DNA from: an uncultured Desulfobacter sp.
GTDB taxonomy: Bacteria > Desulfobacterota > Desulfobacteria > Desulfobacterales > Desulfobacteraceae
Reading direction: 5' to 3'
Assembly (NCBI GenBank): GCA_963662595.1
Contig: OY759748.1
Coordinates: 2,835,186-2,899,185 of the forward strand
DNA length: 64,000 bases
Positions 51,444 to 61,311 of this stretch are shown piece by piece. A program made the translations under genes and the position numbers. Position 1 is the stretch's first letter; every line of letters begins with the position of its first letter. The notes beneath the pieces were generated by a model. That model saw only the letters and a program-made list of their open reading frames with translations, was not told the origin of the DNA and did no database searches.

Positions 51444-53471
51444 TTAGAATTTATAGGTCAGACCGGCATAGGCGCTGCGGGGAACTTCCACCGGGTAACT
51501 GAATGCTTCCTGGACAAATTCAAGGTGGCTGTCCTGGAGCAGATTCTGACCGGTCAGGAAAAATTCCAGGTTCGGTCTGATCCGCCATCCCAGGCGCAGG
51601 TCCAGGGTTGCGTAGTCGTCAATGTCATAGACGACGGAATCATAAAATACATAATTTGCTTTTGTTTTGCCCACATATCTAAACCAGGCGTCCAGGGTCA
51701 GATTTTTTGTCAAATCAAATCGTCCCCGCAAAGAGACCTGGTGTTTTGTAAATCCAAAGTCAATTTCAAAATCTTCGTCATTGTAATATTCGTGGAACGT
51801 CAGTGAATAGGCAAGGGTCCATTTGACGTTACTGCCTGTGGCCAGGTCAACGGAAATTTCGGCACCCCAGGACTGGACATTGGACATGTTGCTCAGGGCG
51901 ACATCCTGAATAATCATCTGGTTTTCATGATCAACATAAGCATCGTTCTGGATTGAGTATATTCTTAAGTCTTTATAGTCATTGAAAAACAGAGCCAGAT
52001 CAATAGAAAGATTTTGCTGCGGGATAAAGCGGTATCCCGCTTCCCAGGCCCACAGTGTTTCTGCGGTTTGGTCCTTGTTGTTTAAAAATCTGGTGTACAA
52101 AGGATATGGGCTGCCGTCAACGCTTGTTCCGGCGAAGTAAATGACGGCATCGGCTTCGACCCGGGAGGGAATCCGGGTGGCCCGGGAAACGGCTGCCCAC
52201 ACTCTGTGATGTTCACCAGGCTTCCACAACAGCCTTGTGGAGGGCTGAATCTCCAAACCTGTATAATCGTTATGCTCAAATTTTGAACCAAAGGTCAGTT
52301 TGACCTGATCCCCGGGAAAAGATATTTCGTCCTGGATAAAGGCGGAGTAAAGAAGATCGTTTGTGCTCTCCGGATCCATAAACGTTGCTTTTGAGCCGGC
52401 ATAATCATCATGGGAATGTCGCAGGCGAAGTCCCCAGATCACATCGTTGCCAAATCCCATCCCGAAACGGTGCTGGAATTCTACATCAGCATTGTGGCGG
52501 TCTTCGTTGAGCATATCCTCGCAACGATGCATGCTATCGTAATACATCTTCACCGACATTTCAGACGTTCCGGAAAGTACCTTTGTCCACCGCCCCATGA
52601 TATTGCCCCCGGATACGTTTGTTTTTACCGGGAATTCCCCCATGTACGGCGGCGTCTGGCTGTAAAGATAGAGATCCTGGTGGATATCCCCGTCGTAAAT
52701 ATCCCCCTGGACAATGACATCGTCGGCCGCAGACAGTCGTGCATCCATACGGAAACCGGCTTGATTGATCTGCCAGTCGTCACTTGCTTTTTCTCCGGAA
52801 ACACGGTCAAATTCATCCCGGGCCCTGTGTTGGGCGTAAATTCGCCAGAATTTGTCTTCGCCCATGGTGCCGCCATATCTGGCGGAAAACATATTTTTTT
52901 CCACGGTTCCCGCAGATGTCTGCAGGAACCCGCCCTGGGTGTCATTGGCTTTCCGGGTAATTATATTGATTACCCCATTAACGGCATTGGACCCCCAGAT
53001 GGTGGCCCCGGGACCGCGGATCACCTCAATGCGGTCAACATCTTCAAGCAGCACATTGGTGACTTCCCAGTAAACGCCTGAAAAACTGGGAGTATACACA
53101 CTGCGGCCGTCCACAAGGACCTGGAGACTTGGGGAAAATCGGCTGTTAAAGCCCCTGCAGTTGATGGCCCATTTGTTGGCGTCAATGCGTGCCACATTCA
53201 CGCCCGGGGCCATGCGCAGGGCATCGGGGATACTGGTGGCACCGGAGCGTCTGATATCCTCCCGGGTGATTACGAAAATTGCGGCGGCACTGTCCGAGAG
53301 CCGTTGGCTTTTTTTACTCACGGAAATAACTTTGATATCCATGAGCTCTTCAATGGAAAAGGTCGTCAGATCCTGGGCTTGCGCAGCTGGGCACCTGGCG
53401 GGATAAATCATGAACAAGCCCGGCAGCAACAGGAGCGGCAGCATTCTTCTTTTCAAGAAAACGTATAACAC
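51444..53471 (-). CDS. TonB-dependent receptor
   Basis: Plug motifs DALRMAPG and DRIEVIRGPGATIWG; C-terminal YKF. Confidence 0.93.
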   Translation of the reverse strand: MLYVFLKRRMLPLLLLPGLFMIYPARCPAAQAQDLTTFSIEELMDIKVISVSKKSQRLSDSAAAIFVITREDIRRSGATSIPDALRMAPGVNVARIDANKWAINCRGFNSRFSPSLQVLVDGRSVYTPSFSGVYWEVTNVLLEDVDRIEVIRGPGATIWGSNAVNGVINIITRKANDTQGGFLQTSAGTVEKNMFSARYGGTMGEDKFWRIYAQHRARDEFDRVSGEKASDDWQINQAGFRMDARLSAADDVIVQGDIYDGDIHQDLYLYSQTPPYMGEFPVKTNVSGGNIMGRWTKVLSGTSEMSVKMYYDSMHRCEDMLNEDRHNADVEFQHRFGMGFGNDVIWGLRLRHSHDDYAGSKATFMDPESTNDLLYSAFIQDEISFPGDQVKLTFGSKFEHNDYTGLEIQPSTRLLWKPGEHHRVWAAVSRATRIPSRVEADAVIYFAGTSVDGSPYPLYTRFLNNKDQTAETLWAWEAGYRFIPQQNLSIDLALFFNDYKDLRIYSIQNDAYVDHENQMIIQDVALSNMSNVQSWGAEISVDLATGSNVKWTLAYSLTFHEYYNDEDFEIDFGFTKHQVSLRGRFDLTKNLTLDAWFRYVGKTKANYVFYDSVVYDIDDYATLDLRLGWRIRPNLEFFLTGQNLLQDSHLEFVQEAFSYPVEVPRSAYAGLTYKF

Positions 53472-53567
53472 CCGAACCCTCTTTGTCTATGATGATGAGA
53501 ATTTGTTGTGAAATGTCTATAGTATTTAACGTCACCTCCCCTTTGTTGTCAAATAATTCCGGGAAGA

Positions 53568-54569
53568 TTATCTTTGTGATATCTTTTCAAGCAAGGCCTG
53601 GTAGGCGTTGTTGAGTTCCACAAATTTATCGTGGCTGCCGCCCCTGTCCGGATGATGCTGCCTTGCAAGGCGCCGAAATTCCCGGCTGAGATCTTTTTTG
53701 TCCATGGCTTCCAGCGCTTTTGTTGTCAGGTTAAACAGTTTGAATGCCTGGGAAAGCTTAATTTGCTGTGGGGCTGAAGACGGCTTATTCCAGCGGCTTC
53801 TTTGGCGGAACTGGAAATCTTTGACCATATCATCCAGCAGCACGGAATCTGCGTAAGTGTGATCAAAGAACATCACGGCATACCGGATCATATATTCATG
53901 CAGCCGGCCGGTCATGCCGAAAAGTTCTTTGTTCAGTCGGCATAACTCCTGGATAAAAAATGCCTCCACCTTCTCCTGGTCCAGGGCCTGGGGCATCTGT
54001 TTGGCCATGAACCCTTGGAAAAACCGATGCAGATCCAATACGGTGTATACATATGATTTAAGCTCTTTTGCGGGCATAACCCTTTCCTGGTCCATGAAAT
54101 GCTGTTCGATTTCATCCCGGGATTTGTTGTGCAGCTGCCTGAAAAGCACGGCCGGCATATTCACCATGGGGCCCTGGTCCATGGTGCCGAATTTAAGAAA
54201 ATGGGCCCGGCGTTTGTCAAAGGCATGGACCTGTCTTGCAACAGCCTCTTTTTGACTGCGGGTCAAGGGTTTATAGTGTTTAAATCCGCGGTGCCTGAAG
54301 GTCTGGGTCGCCCTGCGGATGGCGGGCCGTATAAAGGGCCAGAACAGGTCTTCAAGCTTTGCACTGTCAAACGTGTCGGCCAGGGTTGAAATCCTTGATT
54401 CCAGATCCGGGTTTAAATACCAGGCATTGCCGCCCGGATAATCAATCCACGCCCCGGGGCAGGGTCCCAAATCAAAAATGTCCCGGCTCACCATCTGTTC
54501 ATCCTGCCGGACGGATTCGCGCAGGATATACGTGGTCTGCCTGTGTTTTTTTACCTTTGCCAGATACAT
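53568..54569 (-). CDS. Protein with C-terminal J domain
   Basis: FRRLARQHHPDRGG...FVELNNAY. Confidence 0.85.
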   Translation of the reverse strand: MYLAKVKKHRQTTYILRESVRQDEQMVSRDIFDLGPCPGAWIDYPGGNAWYLNPDLESRISTLADTFDSAKLEDLFWPFIRPAIRRATQTFRHRGFKHYKPLTRSQKEAVARQVHAFDKRRAHFLKFGTMDQGPMVNMPAVLFRQLHNKSRDEIEQHFMDQERVMPAKELKSYVYTVLDLHRFFQGFMAKQMPQALDQEKVEAFFIQELCRLNKELFGMTGRLHEYMIRYAVMFFDHTYADSVLLDDMVKDFQFRQRSRWNKPSSAPQQIKLSQAFKLFNLTTKALEAMDKKDLSREFRRLARQHHPDRGGSHDKFVELNNAYQALLEKISQR

Positions 54570-54571
54570 GA

Positions 54572-55717
54572 TTAACTGTGCGGCCCTGGATTTTTATATG
54601 CCAGGGTCTCCAATTTGGTCAGGGTGTATTCTCTTGTGCCAAGGCCTATTTCCTGGGCATAGGCCAGCTGGTGTTCCCAGTCCACCTCGGGATAAAGGCC
54701 TTTGAACTTGTCTTGGCCTGGGGCCAGGTTGGTGGTCAATACCGAAGATGCAAGACCCTGGGACTGGTTGACAAGGTCTGCACTGGCCTGGTCAACGGCA
54801 ACAGGATCACAGGATGCCACCACACCGATATCGTTGCAGATGGGGGCTTCGGCATAGGGCAGACAGTCACATTTAGGCGAGATGTTTGTGATAAAGTTGA
54901 CAAACAGGCATTTACCGGTTTTGTTTTTGAGTACGCCGGCGGTGTATTCCATCATTTTTTCCAGGAATACGGGGACATCCTGATTCCAGTTTATGTTAAT
55001 AGAGTGGGTGGGGCAGCGCACAATGCATTCGGCACACCCGATACAGTCCGCTTTGTTCATATACGCTTTTTTATTTTCAATGGTGATGGCCTGTCCCGGA
55101 CAATGTTGGGCACACAGGCCGCAGCCGACACAGGTTTTGCGTTTTATTTTGGGACTTACATTGGAATGCTGGTCCAGTTTTCCCCGGCGGGAGGCACACC
55201 CCATCCCCAGATTTTTAAGCGTGCCGCCGAACCCGGACAGTTCGTGTCCCTTGAAATGGGCCAGGGAGACCAGGGCGTTGGCATTGATGATTTCCGAGCC
55301 TATAAATACGTCCCGGTTATGTTTAAGATCCACCCGGACAGCGGTCTCGCTTTTACCGAGCAGACCGTCGGCAATGATCAACGGCGCGCCATCCATGGAC
55401 GAGTAGGAAAATCCGTTTTCCACAGCCGTTTTGATATGGGAGACGGCATCGGAACGGGTACCCACGTAAAGGGTATTGGCATCGGTCAAAAACGGTGTGG
55501 CGTTCGCTTTTCTAATGGCCCGGATAATTTTACGAATGAGAACAGGCCGGATATAGGCCGTATTTCCCTGTTCACCGAAATGCACCTTTACGGCGGTTAA
55601 ATCATTTTTATCCAGGAGCCTGTGAAGTCCGGCCGTGGTGACCAGGCGCTCCAATTTATCGGGCAGGTTTTCCCTTGATGTGGCGGTCATGTCTATGAAA
55701 AATACATCAGCACCCAT
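54572..55717 (-). CDS. DUF362 domain Fe-S protein with 2x[4Fe-4S] insert
   Basis: KVHFGE, HFKGH, KNLGMG, CxxCxxCxxxCP twice, CDC. Confidence 0.9.
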   Translation of the reverse strand: MGADVFFIDMTATSRENLPDKLERLVTTAGLHRLLDKNDLTAVKVHFGEQGNTAYIRPVLIRKIIRAIRKANATPFLTDANTLYVGTRSDAVSHIKTAVENGFSYSSMDGAPLIIADGLLGKSETAVRVDLKHNRDVFIGSEIINANALVSLAHFKGHELSGFGGTLKNLGMGCASRRGKLDQHSNVSPKIKRKTCVGCGLCAQHCPGQAITIENKKAYMNKADCIGCAECIVRCPTHSININWNQDVPVFLEKMMEYTAGVLKNKTGKCLFVNFITNISPKCDCLPYAEAPICNDIGVVASCDPVAVDQASADLVNQSQGLASSVLTTNLAPGQDKFKGLYPEVDWEHQLAYAQEIGLGTREYTLTKLETLAYKNPGPHS

Positions 55718-55814
55718 TCAACTCTCCTTTTGTGGGTCGTTCCGAGCCATACGTTTCATAAAGATAAAGTATCCGTCATGAAAATTCAATACGGGAGGCT
55801 GCGCCGATTGCTTT

Positions 55815-55830
55815 TGGTCCGGGTTTTGCT
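55815..55830 (+). promoter_or_regulatory. Candidate sigma54 promoter of the two-component operon
   Basis: TGGTCC-GGGTT-TTGCT with GG-N10-GC spacing. Confidence 0.45.
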
Positions 55831-55920
55831 TAGAGTGTCGGGATGTACTTGCACCGGCCAGGAATTGACTTGACTGTTCCGGCATGTTAAAACGCTTTCA
55901 TCTATGCAAACTGTAACAAT

Positions 55921-57366
55921 ATGTCCATGACACCAGGTATTTCAAAAAAACTTTTTGTGTTTCTCTTTTTTTTCATCTTCATATTTTATGGCACGGTATA
56001 TGGCCTGTTTATGAAGGTCCGGGAGATGTCCGATACCTCGGCACGCATTGTCGGTATCAGCAACCGGATTGCAGTATTGTCCAATGAACTCAAGAATAAC
56101 CTTCTTGATATGGATGCCAATATCAAGAAATTGAAACTGCTGAAAAAAGCTGTTTATTTTGACTATTTTGGAACTGCCAGGGACAATTACCAAAAGGTGC
56201 TTAACGAGATCATCGTCCTAGATACAAGGCGGGTAGCACCTGCTGGATACTGGTATGACATTGATCGGACCTTTGGCGGCCATATCAAGTCCGGTATCCC
56301 CATGAAAAAAATCATGGACGAGGGTTATATCTGGATTGATGCCAAGGTCATGGACCGCTGGATGAATACCATTGCGGTGGCCAGAAAAGATAACGACCAT
56401 AGAATTGAGCAGGCCCTGATTCTGATCAATCGTTTAAGCCGTCAGGTGATGAGAAGCTGCATGATCGGGTTCGGTATTTCCATACTGGTGGGCATTATGG
56501 GTGTTTTGTTTATTTCCAGATCCATCATTGTCCCTTTGAATAAATTAAAGTCCGGGCTTAAGCGCGTCTCTGATGATAATTACTCGTATGAGATGGATAT
56601 TACTTCCAAAGATGAATTCGGGCAGCTGGCCATGGCGTTCAATGATATGACACGCCAGCTTAAGGCCGATGATGAAATTAGATCCGATTTCATTGCCACC
56701 TTGAGCCATGAGATTCGCAGCCCTTTGTCTTCCATACGTGAATCTGTGAATATGCTGACCGAAGAGCTTCTTGGGCCGGTAAGTGATAAACAAAAGAAAT
56801 TTTTAACCATTTCGGCCAATGAAATTGCCCGGATTACAGGTCTTTTAAATCATCTGCTGGATGCTTCCTCCCTGGCGTCCGGAATAAAGAAACGGACGGT
56901 GGCGCCCTTTGATCCCAACCAGCTAGTGCAATCCGCTGTGTTGAGTATTACGCCCGGGGCAGAGGCCCGGAGCATACGTACGGAATTCCAAGTTTTAAAG
57001 CAGGCACCCATGGTTAAAGGGGATGAAAAGGAGCTCATGCAGGTCATGATAAATATCCTGGATAATGCGCTTAAATTCTCTCCGGACAACAGCCGGGTGA
57101 ATATCCGTTTAAGCCGGGGTCCGGGAAAGAATTTTCTGACATGTAGTGTCAGTGATGAAGGACCGGGGATTCCCAAAGATAAGAAAAATTTAATTTTCAA
57201 AAAATACTACCGGGCCAAGGAAGTGCGCAAGCACATGGACGGGGTTGGGCTTGGGTTGAACATTGCCCGGCGGATCGTGCAGGACAATGGCGGAGAAATT
57301 TTCGTGAAGAACAAGCCGGATAAAGGGTGTACCTTTTCCTTTACCATGCCGGTGTTTAATGGATGA
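55921..57366 (+). CDS. HAMP-domain sensor histidine kinase (GlrK-like architecture)
   Basis: 2 TM segments; SHEIRSPL, NILDNALKFS, DEGPG, GVGLGL. Confidence 0.92.
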   Translation: MSMTPGISKKLFVFLFFFIFIFYGTVYGLFMKVREMSDTSARIVGISNRIAVLSNELKNNLLDMDANIKKLKLLKKAVYFDYFGTARDNYQKVLNEIIVLDTRRVAPAGYWYDIDRTFGGHIKSGIPMKKIMDEGYIWIDAKVMDRWMNTIAVARKDNDHRIEQALILINRLSRQVMRSCMIGFGISILVGIMGVLFISRSIIVPLNKLKSGLKRVSDDNYSYEMDITSKDEFGQLAMAFNDMTRQLKADDEIRSDFIATLSHEIRSPLSSIRESVNMLTEELLGPVSDKQKKFLTISANEIARITGLLNHLLDASSLASGIKKRTVAPFDPNQLVQSAVLSITPGAEARSIRTEFQVLKQAPMVKGDEKELMQVMINILDNALKFSPDNSRVNIRLSRGPGKNFLTCSVSDEGPGIPKDKKNLIFKKYYRAKEVRKHMDGVGLGLNIARRIVQDNGGEIFVKNKPDKGCTFSFTMPVFNG

Positions 57367-57385
57367 CTTTTAAGGGTTTTTCTAT

Positions 57386-58114
57386 ATGCGTTTTTCGAGT
57401 ATTCCTATTTTTTGCCTGAAATTGCTCATGGGAAAAATGTTCAAGCGTTTTTGGCTTTTTTTCAGGACCCTGTTTTTAATTGGGGGCATCGGACTTGTTT
57501 TCAGTGGATGCAGTATTATTCCTGTGTGCACGGTCGTCTGTCGCACCACCATGGTAAAACAGGCCCAGGATGCCTACTTAAATGAAGATTATGCCCTTTC
57601 CCGCAAGCTTTTTTCCCAGCTTGCCCTAAAAGAACATGATGCACAAAGCCAGGCCGCCGGCCTTTATGGGAATATCTGCCTTGACATGATCCAGGCCGAA
57701 AATGCCCCGGCCTTCAGGGCTGCGGTGGAGCAGTTTCTGCTTTTACCGTCACAGCAGTCCTGCCGAATTTCAACCGGCACCCCCCAGGATATTGGCCGTC
57801 GGGAACCCGTTGTAAATCCCTGGGCAAGGATGCATCCCGGGATGCTGGAAAAAGCGCTGGCACACGGTATGGTCTTGCTAGAATCGGAACGGTCGGGTAT
57901 TTTGAAAAAATTGAATGCGCTTTATGCCAGGGAGGAAATTTATAAAAAAGAGCGTCTTAGCATGCAAAATGAAATTGATTCTCTGGGGCGTAAAACAACT
58001 GCCTTGGAAGAGCAGAACATGGATCAGGAGGCACGGATAAGTGATCTTTTACACCAGATCACCGTGCTGGAGAAAATTGATAAGGAAAGGCAGGAGCAAA
58101 GGGAGAACCCGTGA
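57386..58114 (+). CDS. Putative lipoprotein with C-terminal coiled coil (QseG/YfhG-like position)
   Basis: Lipobox FSGC; helical core; coiled coil ending LEKIDKERQEQR; GTGA overlap with the regulator. Confidence 0.7.
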   Translation: MRFSSIPIFCLKLLMGKMFKRFWLFFRTLFLIGGIGLVFSGCSIIPVCTVVCRTTMVKQAQDAYLNEDYALSRKLFSQLALKEHDAQSQAAGLYGNICLDMIQAENAPAFRAAVEQFLLLPSQQSCRISTGTPQDIGRREPVVNPWARMHPGMLEKALAHGMVLLESERSGILKKLNALYAREEIYKKERLSMQNEIDSLGRKTTALEEQNMDQEARISDLLHQITVLEKIDKERQEQRENP

Positions 58115-59472
58115 CTGCAGCACATAAAATACTCATTGTTGACGATGACCCAAGTATTCTGGAGGTCTTGGAAGCAAGACTTTGTACAGCCAACTTCAAG
58201 GTGTTGAAGGCAAAGGATGCGGATAATGCCGAACAGATTCTAAAATCGCAGAACGGCGTAGATCTTCTGGTGTCAGATATAAAAATGCCGGGAAAAGACG
58301 GAATGGAGTTGTTTTCCGACATCCGCAGGTATCTTCCGGATCTTCCTGTAATTTTAATGACTGCCTACGGCACCATACAGGATGCTGTGGAGGCCATGAA
58401 ACTGGGCGCAGTCGATTATATTTCCAAGCCCTTTGACGGCAAGGATTTGATTAAAAAAATTAACGCTGTGATGGCCATGAAAAACAATGGTGGCGGCGCA
58501 AAGCCCATGCCCCTGGTTGAATCCGGATTTTACTGGGGGAAATCCCCTGCTATGAAGCATCTTTACAGCATGGTGAAAAAGGTTGCGGCCACCCATGTGA
58601 ATGTCCTTCTTCTTGGTGAAAGCGGGGTGGGCAAGGAGCGCATTGCCGCATGTATCCATAAAAACAGCGATAGAAGAGAGCAGCCTTACATGGTTGTGGA
58701 CTGCGGCTCAACGCCTGCAGGTATCCTTGAAAGCGAATTGTTCGGTCATCTGAAAGGGGCGTTTACCCATGCGGTGAAAGACAAGGTCGGGCTTATCCAG
58801 GCCGCCGATTCCGGCACCCTTTTCCTGGATGAGATCGGCAATATCTCCCATGATATGCAATGCCGTATGTTGCGGTTTCTGGAGGATAAAAAAATCCGGC
58901 AGGTGGGGGCGGTAAAAGAATCCATGGTGGATTGCCGGGTGATTGCGGCAACCAACGCAGATCTGTCCCTGGCCATTGAGGAGGGCAGTTTTCGCCAGGA
59001 TCTGTACTACCGTCTCAAGGGCATTACCTTGACCATTCCGCCGCTACGCGAGCGAAAAGAAGATATTTATCCCCTGGCCAATATGTTTGCCAAAAATTAT
59101 GGCCAGGCACACGGCATTGAGGGACTTCGTATTTCCGATGCTGCGGTCAAAGTGCTCGAAGAACATCCCTGGCCCGGTAATGTCCGGGAATTGAAGAATA
59201 CCATTGAAGCCGGTGCTGTGCTGTGCCAGAATCAGATCATTGAACCCTGGGACCTTCAGGTTGAAAGCATCAGGGAAAATGCGGTGCTCATTACCGATCT
59301 TCCAGATTCCGAGGCGTTTTCCATTGAGCAAAGTGAAAAGGATACCATTATACGGGCCCTGAAAAAGTCCCGGGGTGTTCAAAAAAAGGCGGCCGATCTT
59401 TTGAATATAAGTAAACGGGCCATGCATTATAAGGTTAAAAAGTACAATATTAACCCCGCAATATATAAATAA
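58111..59472 (+). CDS. Sigma54-dependent response regulator (NtrC family)
   Basis: REC domain; GESGVGKE, ESELFGHLKGAFTHA, FLDEIG, WPGNVREL, Fis-type HTH. Confidence 0.95.
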   Translation: MTAAHKILIVDDDPSILEVLEARLCTANFKVLKAKDADNAEQILKSQNGVDLLVSDIKMPGKDGMELFSDIRRYLPDLPVILMTAYGTIQDAVEAMKLGAVDYISKPFDGKDLIKKINAVMAMKNNGGGAKPMPLVESGFYWGKSPAMKHLYSMVKKVAATHVNVLLLGESGVGKERIAACIHKNSDRREQPYMVVDCGSTPAGILESELFGHLKGAFTHAVKDKVGLIQAADSGTLFLDEIGNISHDMQCRMLRFLEDKKIRQVGAVKESMVDCRVIAATNADLSLAIEEGSFRQDLYYRLKGITLTIPPLRERKEDIYPLANMFAKNYGQAHGIEGLRISDAAVKVLEEHPWPGNVRELKNTIEAGAVLCQNQIIEPWDLQVESIRENAVLITDLPDSEAFSIEQSEKDTIIRALKKSRGVQKKAADLLNISKRAMHYKVKKYNINPAIYK

Positions 59473-59694
59473 AAAGTTTACGGCTGCCAAAGAAATATTT
59501 TTCAGGCAATCCGTTCTATATTGCGCCCCGAAACTATCAGCTTCTAATTGAGCTTGGGGTTCCGGGGTGCAGTTTTCGTAACTGTTACCCCCTTTTTGGT
59601 AACCCGCTTTTTGTTATTGTCGGTGAACTGTTTTGACATAAGAGATAATGTTCTGGATTTACCTGTTTTTTAAATCGCTGTTAGCACGTAATGA

Positions 59695-59710
59695 TGGCAC
59701 ATAAGTTGCC
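59695..59710 (+). promoter_or_regulatory. Sigma54 (-24/-12) promoter
   Basis: TGGCAC-ATAAG-TTGC consensus match. Confidence 0.85.
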
Positions 59711-59823
59711 TTTGTTTTTAGTTGAACTTCCAATAGACGTTGAATAATTAAAGTTTTCTGTATTTTTGTTAAAGGATTCTGAGAGGAGGCTGTGGAGCAG
59801 TGGAGAGGAAACAGGAGGATAAT

Positions 59824-60108
59824 ATGTATTTCAGTGCTGAATTTCAACTGGATAACCCGGGAATTTTCTATCAGTTCAAGTTGAGGAAAAATGAATCAGA
59901 ACCATGTTTCGCCCTGGTGACAAAACATTCAAAGGCGTTGGAGAGTCTTAAAAGCGGCGAACTTGTTCCCATGATTTTTCACTACCAGGACAAAACCATT
60001 CCCGCAGTTCGTAAACCCACCCGCATCAAATATATTCTTGATGGTACATCCCGTGGATTTAAAGATCACTTCATGATCGGTCTGGACATTGAGAAGATCG
60101 GCGAGTAA
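59824..60108 (+). CDS. Small beta-rich protein, degenerate PilZ-like
   Basis: AGGAGG RBS; YQFKL...LKSG...IKYI...FMIGL pattern; lacks the RxxxR and DxSxxG motifs. Confidence 0.65.
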   Translation: MYFSAEFQLDNPGIFYQFKLRKNESEPCFALVTKHSKALESLKSGELVPMIFHYQDKTIPAVRKPTRIKYILDGTSRGFKDHFMIGLDIEKIGE

Positions 60109-61021
60109 TTGACGTCACTATTGCTTTGGCCGGGTTAAGACCTGCCTGCCTGGTAAATCGCGTCAGTGTGTCAAGTCCCACCAGAGGATCATTGGCGTAG
60201 GGTAGATTCATCAAAGTCCGGCATGAAAGTTCGGGATCGCAGCCATTTGAATCCATTTCGTGCCGGGATCTGTGATTGCAGAACAGCCCGGCCAGCTTTA
60301 CCCCCAGCTTTGCAAGCTGCTCGGCAATTCTTCGGGTTTCGGCCAGGGACAGGGTATCCGTATTGTGGACAACATAGCATAGGGCGTTGTGTTCAAAAAA
60401 AGATTGCAGATCCTGATAATCGGATTTTATCTCCATGATTCTTGCAAGTACCTTATCCTGGGCAATCTCCTTGCCGGGCAATTTTATTTTTGAAATGATT
60501 TCCTTTTTTTGGTTGATTTCCAGGCGCAGTTTTTCCAGCTGCGCCACCCAGAGCAAGGAGAGGGCCGGCAGATTAAAAAAGCTTAACGCAAGGGCTGTGG
60601 GCGGCATGTCTATGATCAGATAATCCCAGTCCGTGTATTTTTTTTTAAGTTCGGTAAAGCCTTTGGCCAGGGCGTGGGCCTCCATGCCCGGGGAGAGTTT
60701 TAATACATCAAAATAGTTGCCGAGATTAAAGGCGGTCAGGTAGGTGAAGTTACGTTTTACCTGTCGTGTCACCCCGGCCAGGTAGGAGGCGATCTCCTTG
60801 TCTTTGTCCACCTGGATGACCTCAAGGCCGGGAATAACAGTCTTGGGTCTATGATCAAATGTTGTCTGAAAAATATCACATAGGTTGTGGGCATCGTCAA
60901 AGGAGGCCAGGCATACCTTGAAACCTGCACCGGCAAGATCCAGGGCGCAAATTGCAGCACATGTGGACTTGCCGGTGCCGCCTTTTCCCAGAAAAAAAAG
61001 AACGTCAGGTTCGGTTTTCAT
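60071..61021 (-). CDS. Single-domain ArsA/GET3 family ATPase
   Basis: GKGGTGKST deviant Walker A; DDAHNL, PGME, DMPPT. Confidence 0.9.
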   Translation of the reverse strand: MKTEPDVLFFLGKGGTGKSTCAAICALDLAGAGFKVCLASFDDAHNLCDIFQTTFDHRPKTVIPGLEVIQVDKDKEIASYLAGVTRQVKRNFTYLTAFNLGNYFDVLKLSPGMEAHALAKGFTELKKKYTDWDYLIIDMPPTALALSFFNLPALSLLWVAQLEKLRLEINQKKEIISKIKLPGKEIAQDKVLARIMEIKSDYQDLQSFFEHNALCYVVHNTDTLSLAETRRIAEQLAKLGVKLAGLFCNHRSRHEMDSNGCDPELSCRTLMNLPYANDPLVGLDTLTRFTRQAGLNPAKAIVTSITRRSSQCPDRS

Positions 61022-61311
61022 CAGATATCAAATGTGGAAAAAAGTTTTGATAACGGTTCATGGGTCGTCTGCACCCGTTCCATTAAAAGGATCAGCTCCT
61101 TTTCCATCTCCGGTAAAAGATCCAGGCTGATACGTTCCGGCGGTGCAGGCATTCCGATGAAGGCCCCCTGGCAGAGCACGGCAAAAATATATTCCATCTC
61201 TTCAACCTCATCCTCTAAATGGTCAACCGCCTTGTGCCGGGCCACTTCATCTGCTGTTTTCCATGCATTGACCACGGCGTTTTTTATTTTTTCCAGCCAA
61301 ACTTTATTCAT
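61021..61311 (-). CDS. 96-aa CstA/ArsA-associated small protein
   Basis: EMEYIFAVLCQGAFIGMPAPP...LDLLP. Start overlaps the upstream gene end; stop overlaps the ArsA ATG (TGATG). Confidence 0.8.
   Translation of the reverse strand: MNKVWLEKIKNAVVNAWKTADEVARHKAVDHLEDEVEEMEYIFAVLCQGAFIGMPAPPERISLDLLPEMEKELILLMERVQTTHEPLSKLFSTFDI

Noticed and set aside
60071-61021. Arsenic-resistance interpretation of the ArsA-like gene
   Set aside because: Single domain, no arsB/acr3/arsC/arsD/arsR nearby, and coupled to the cstA operon.
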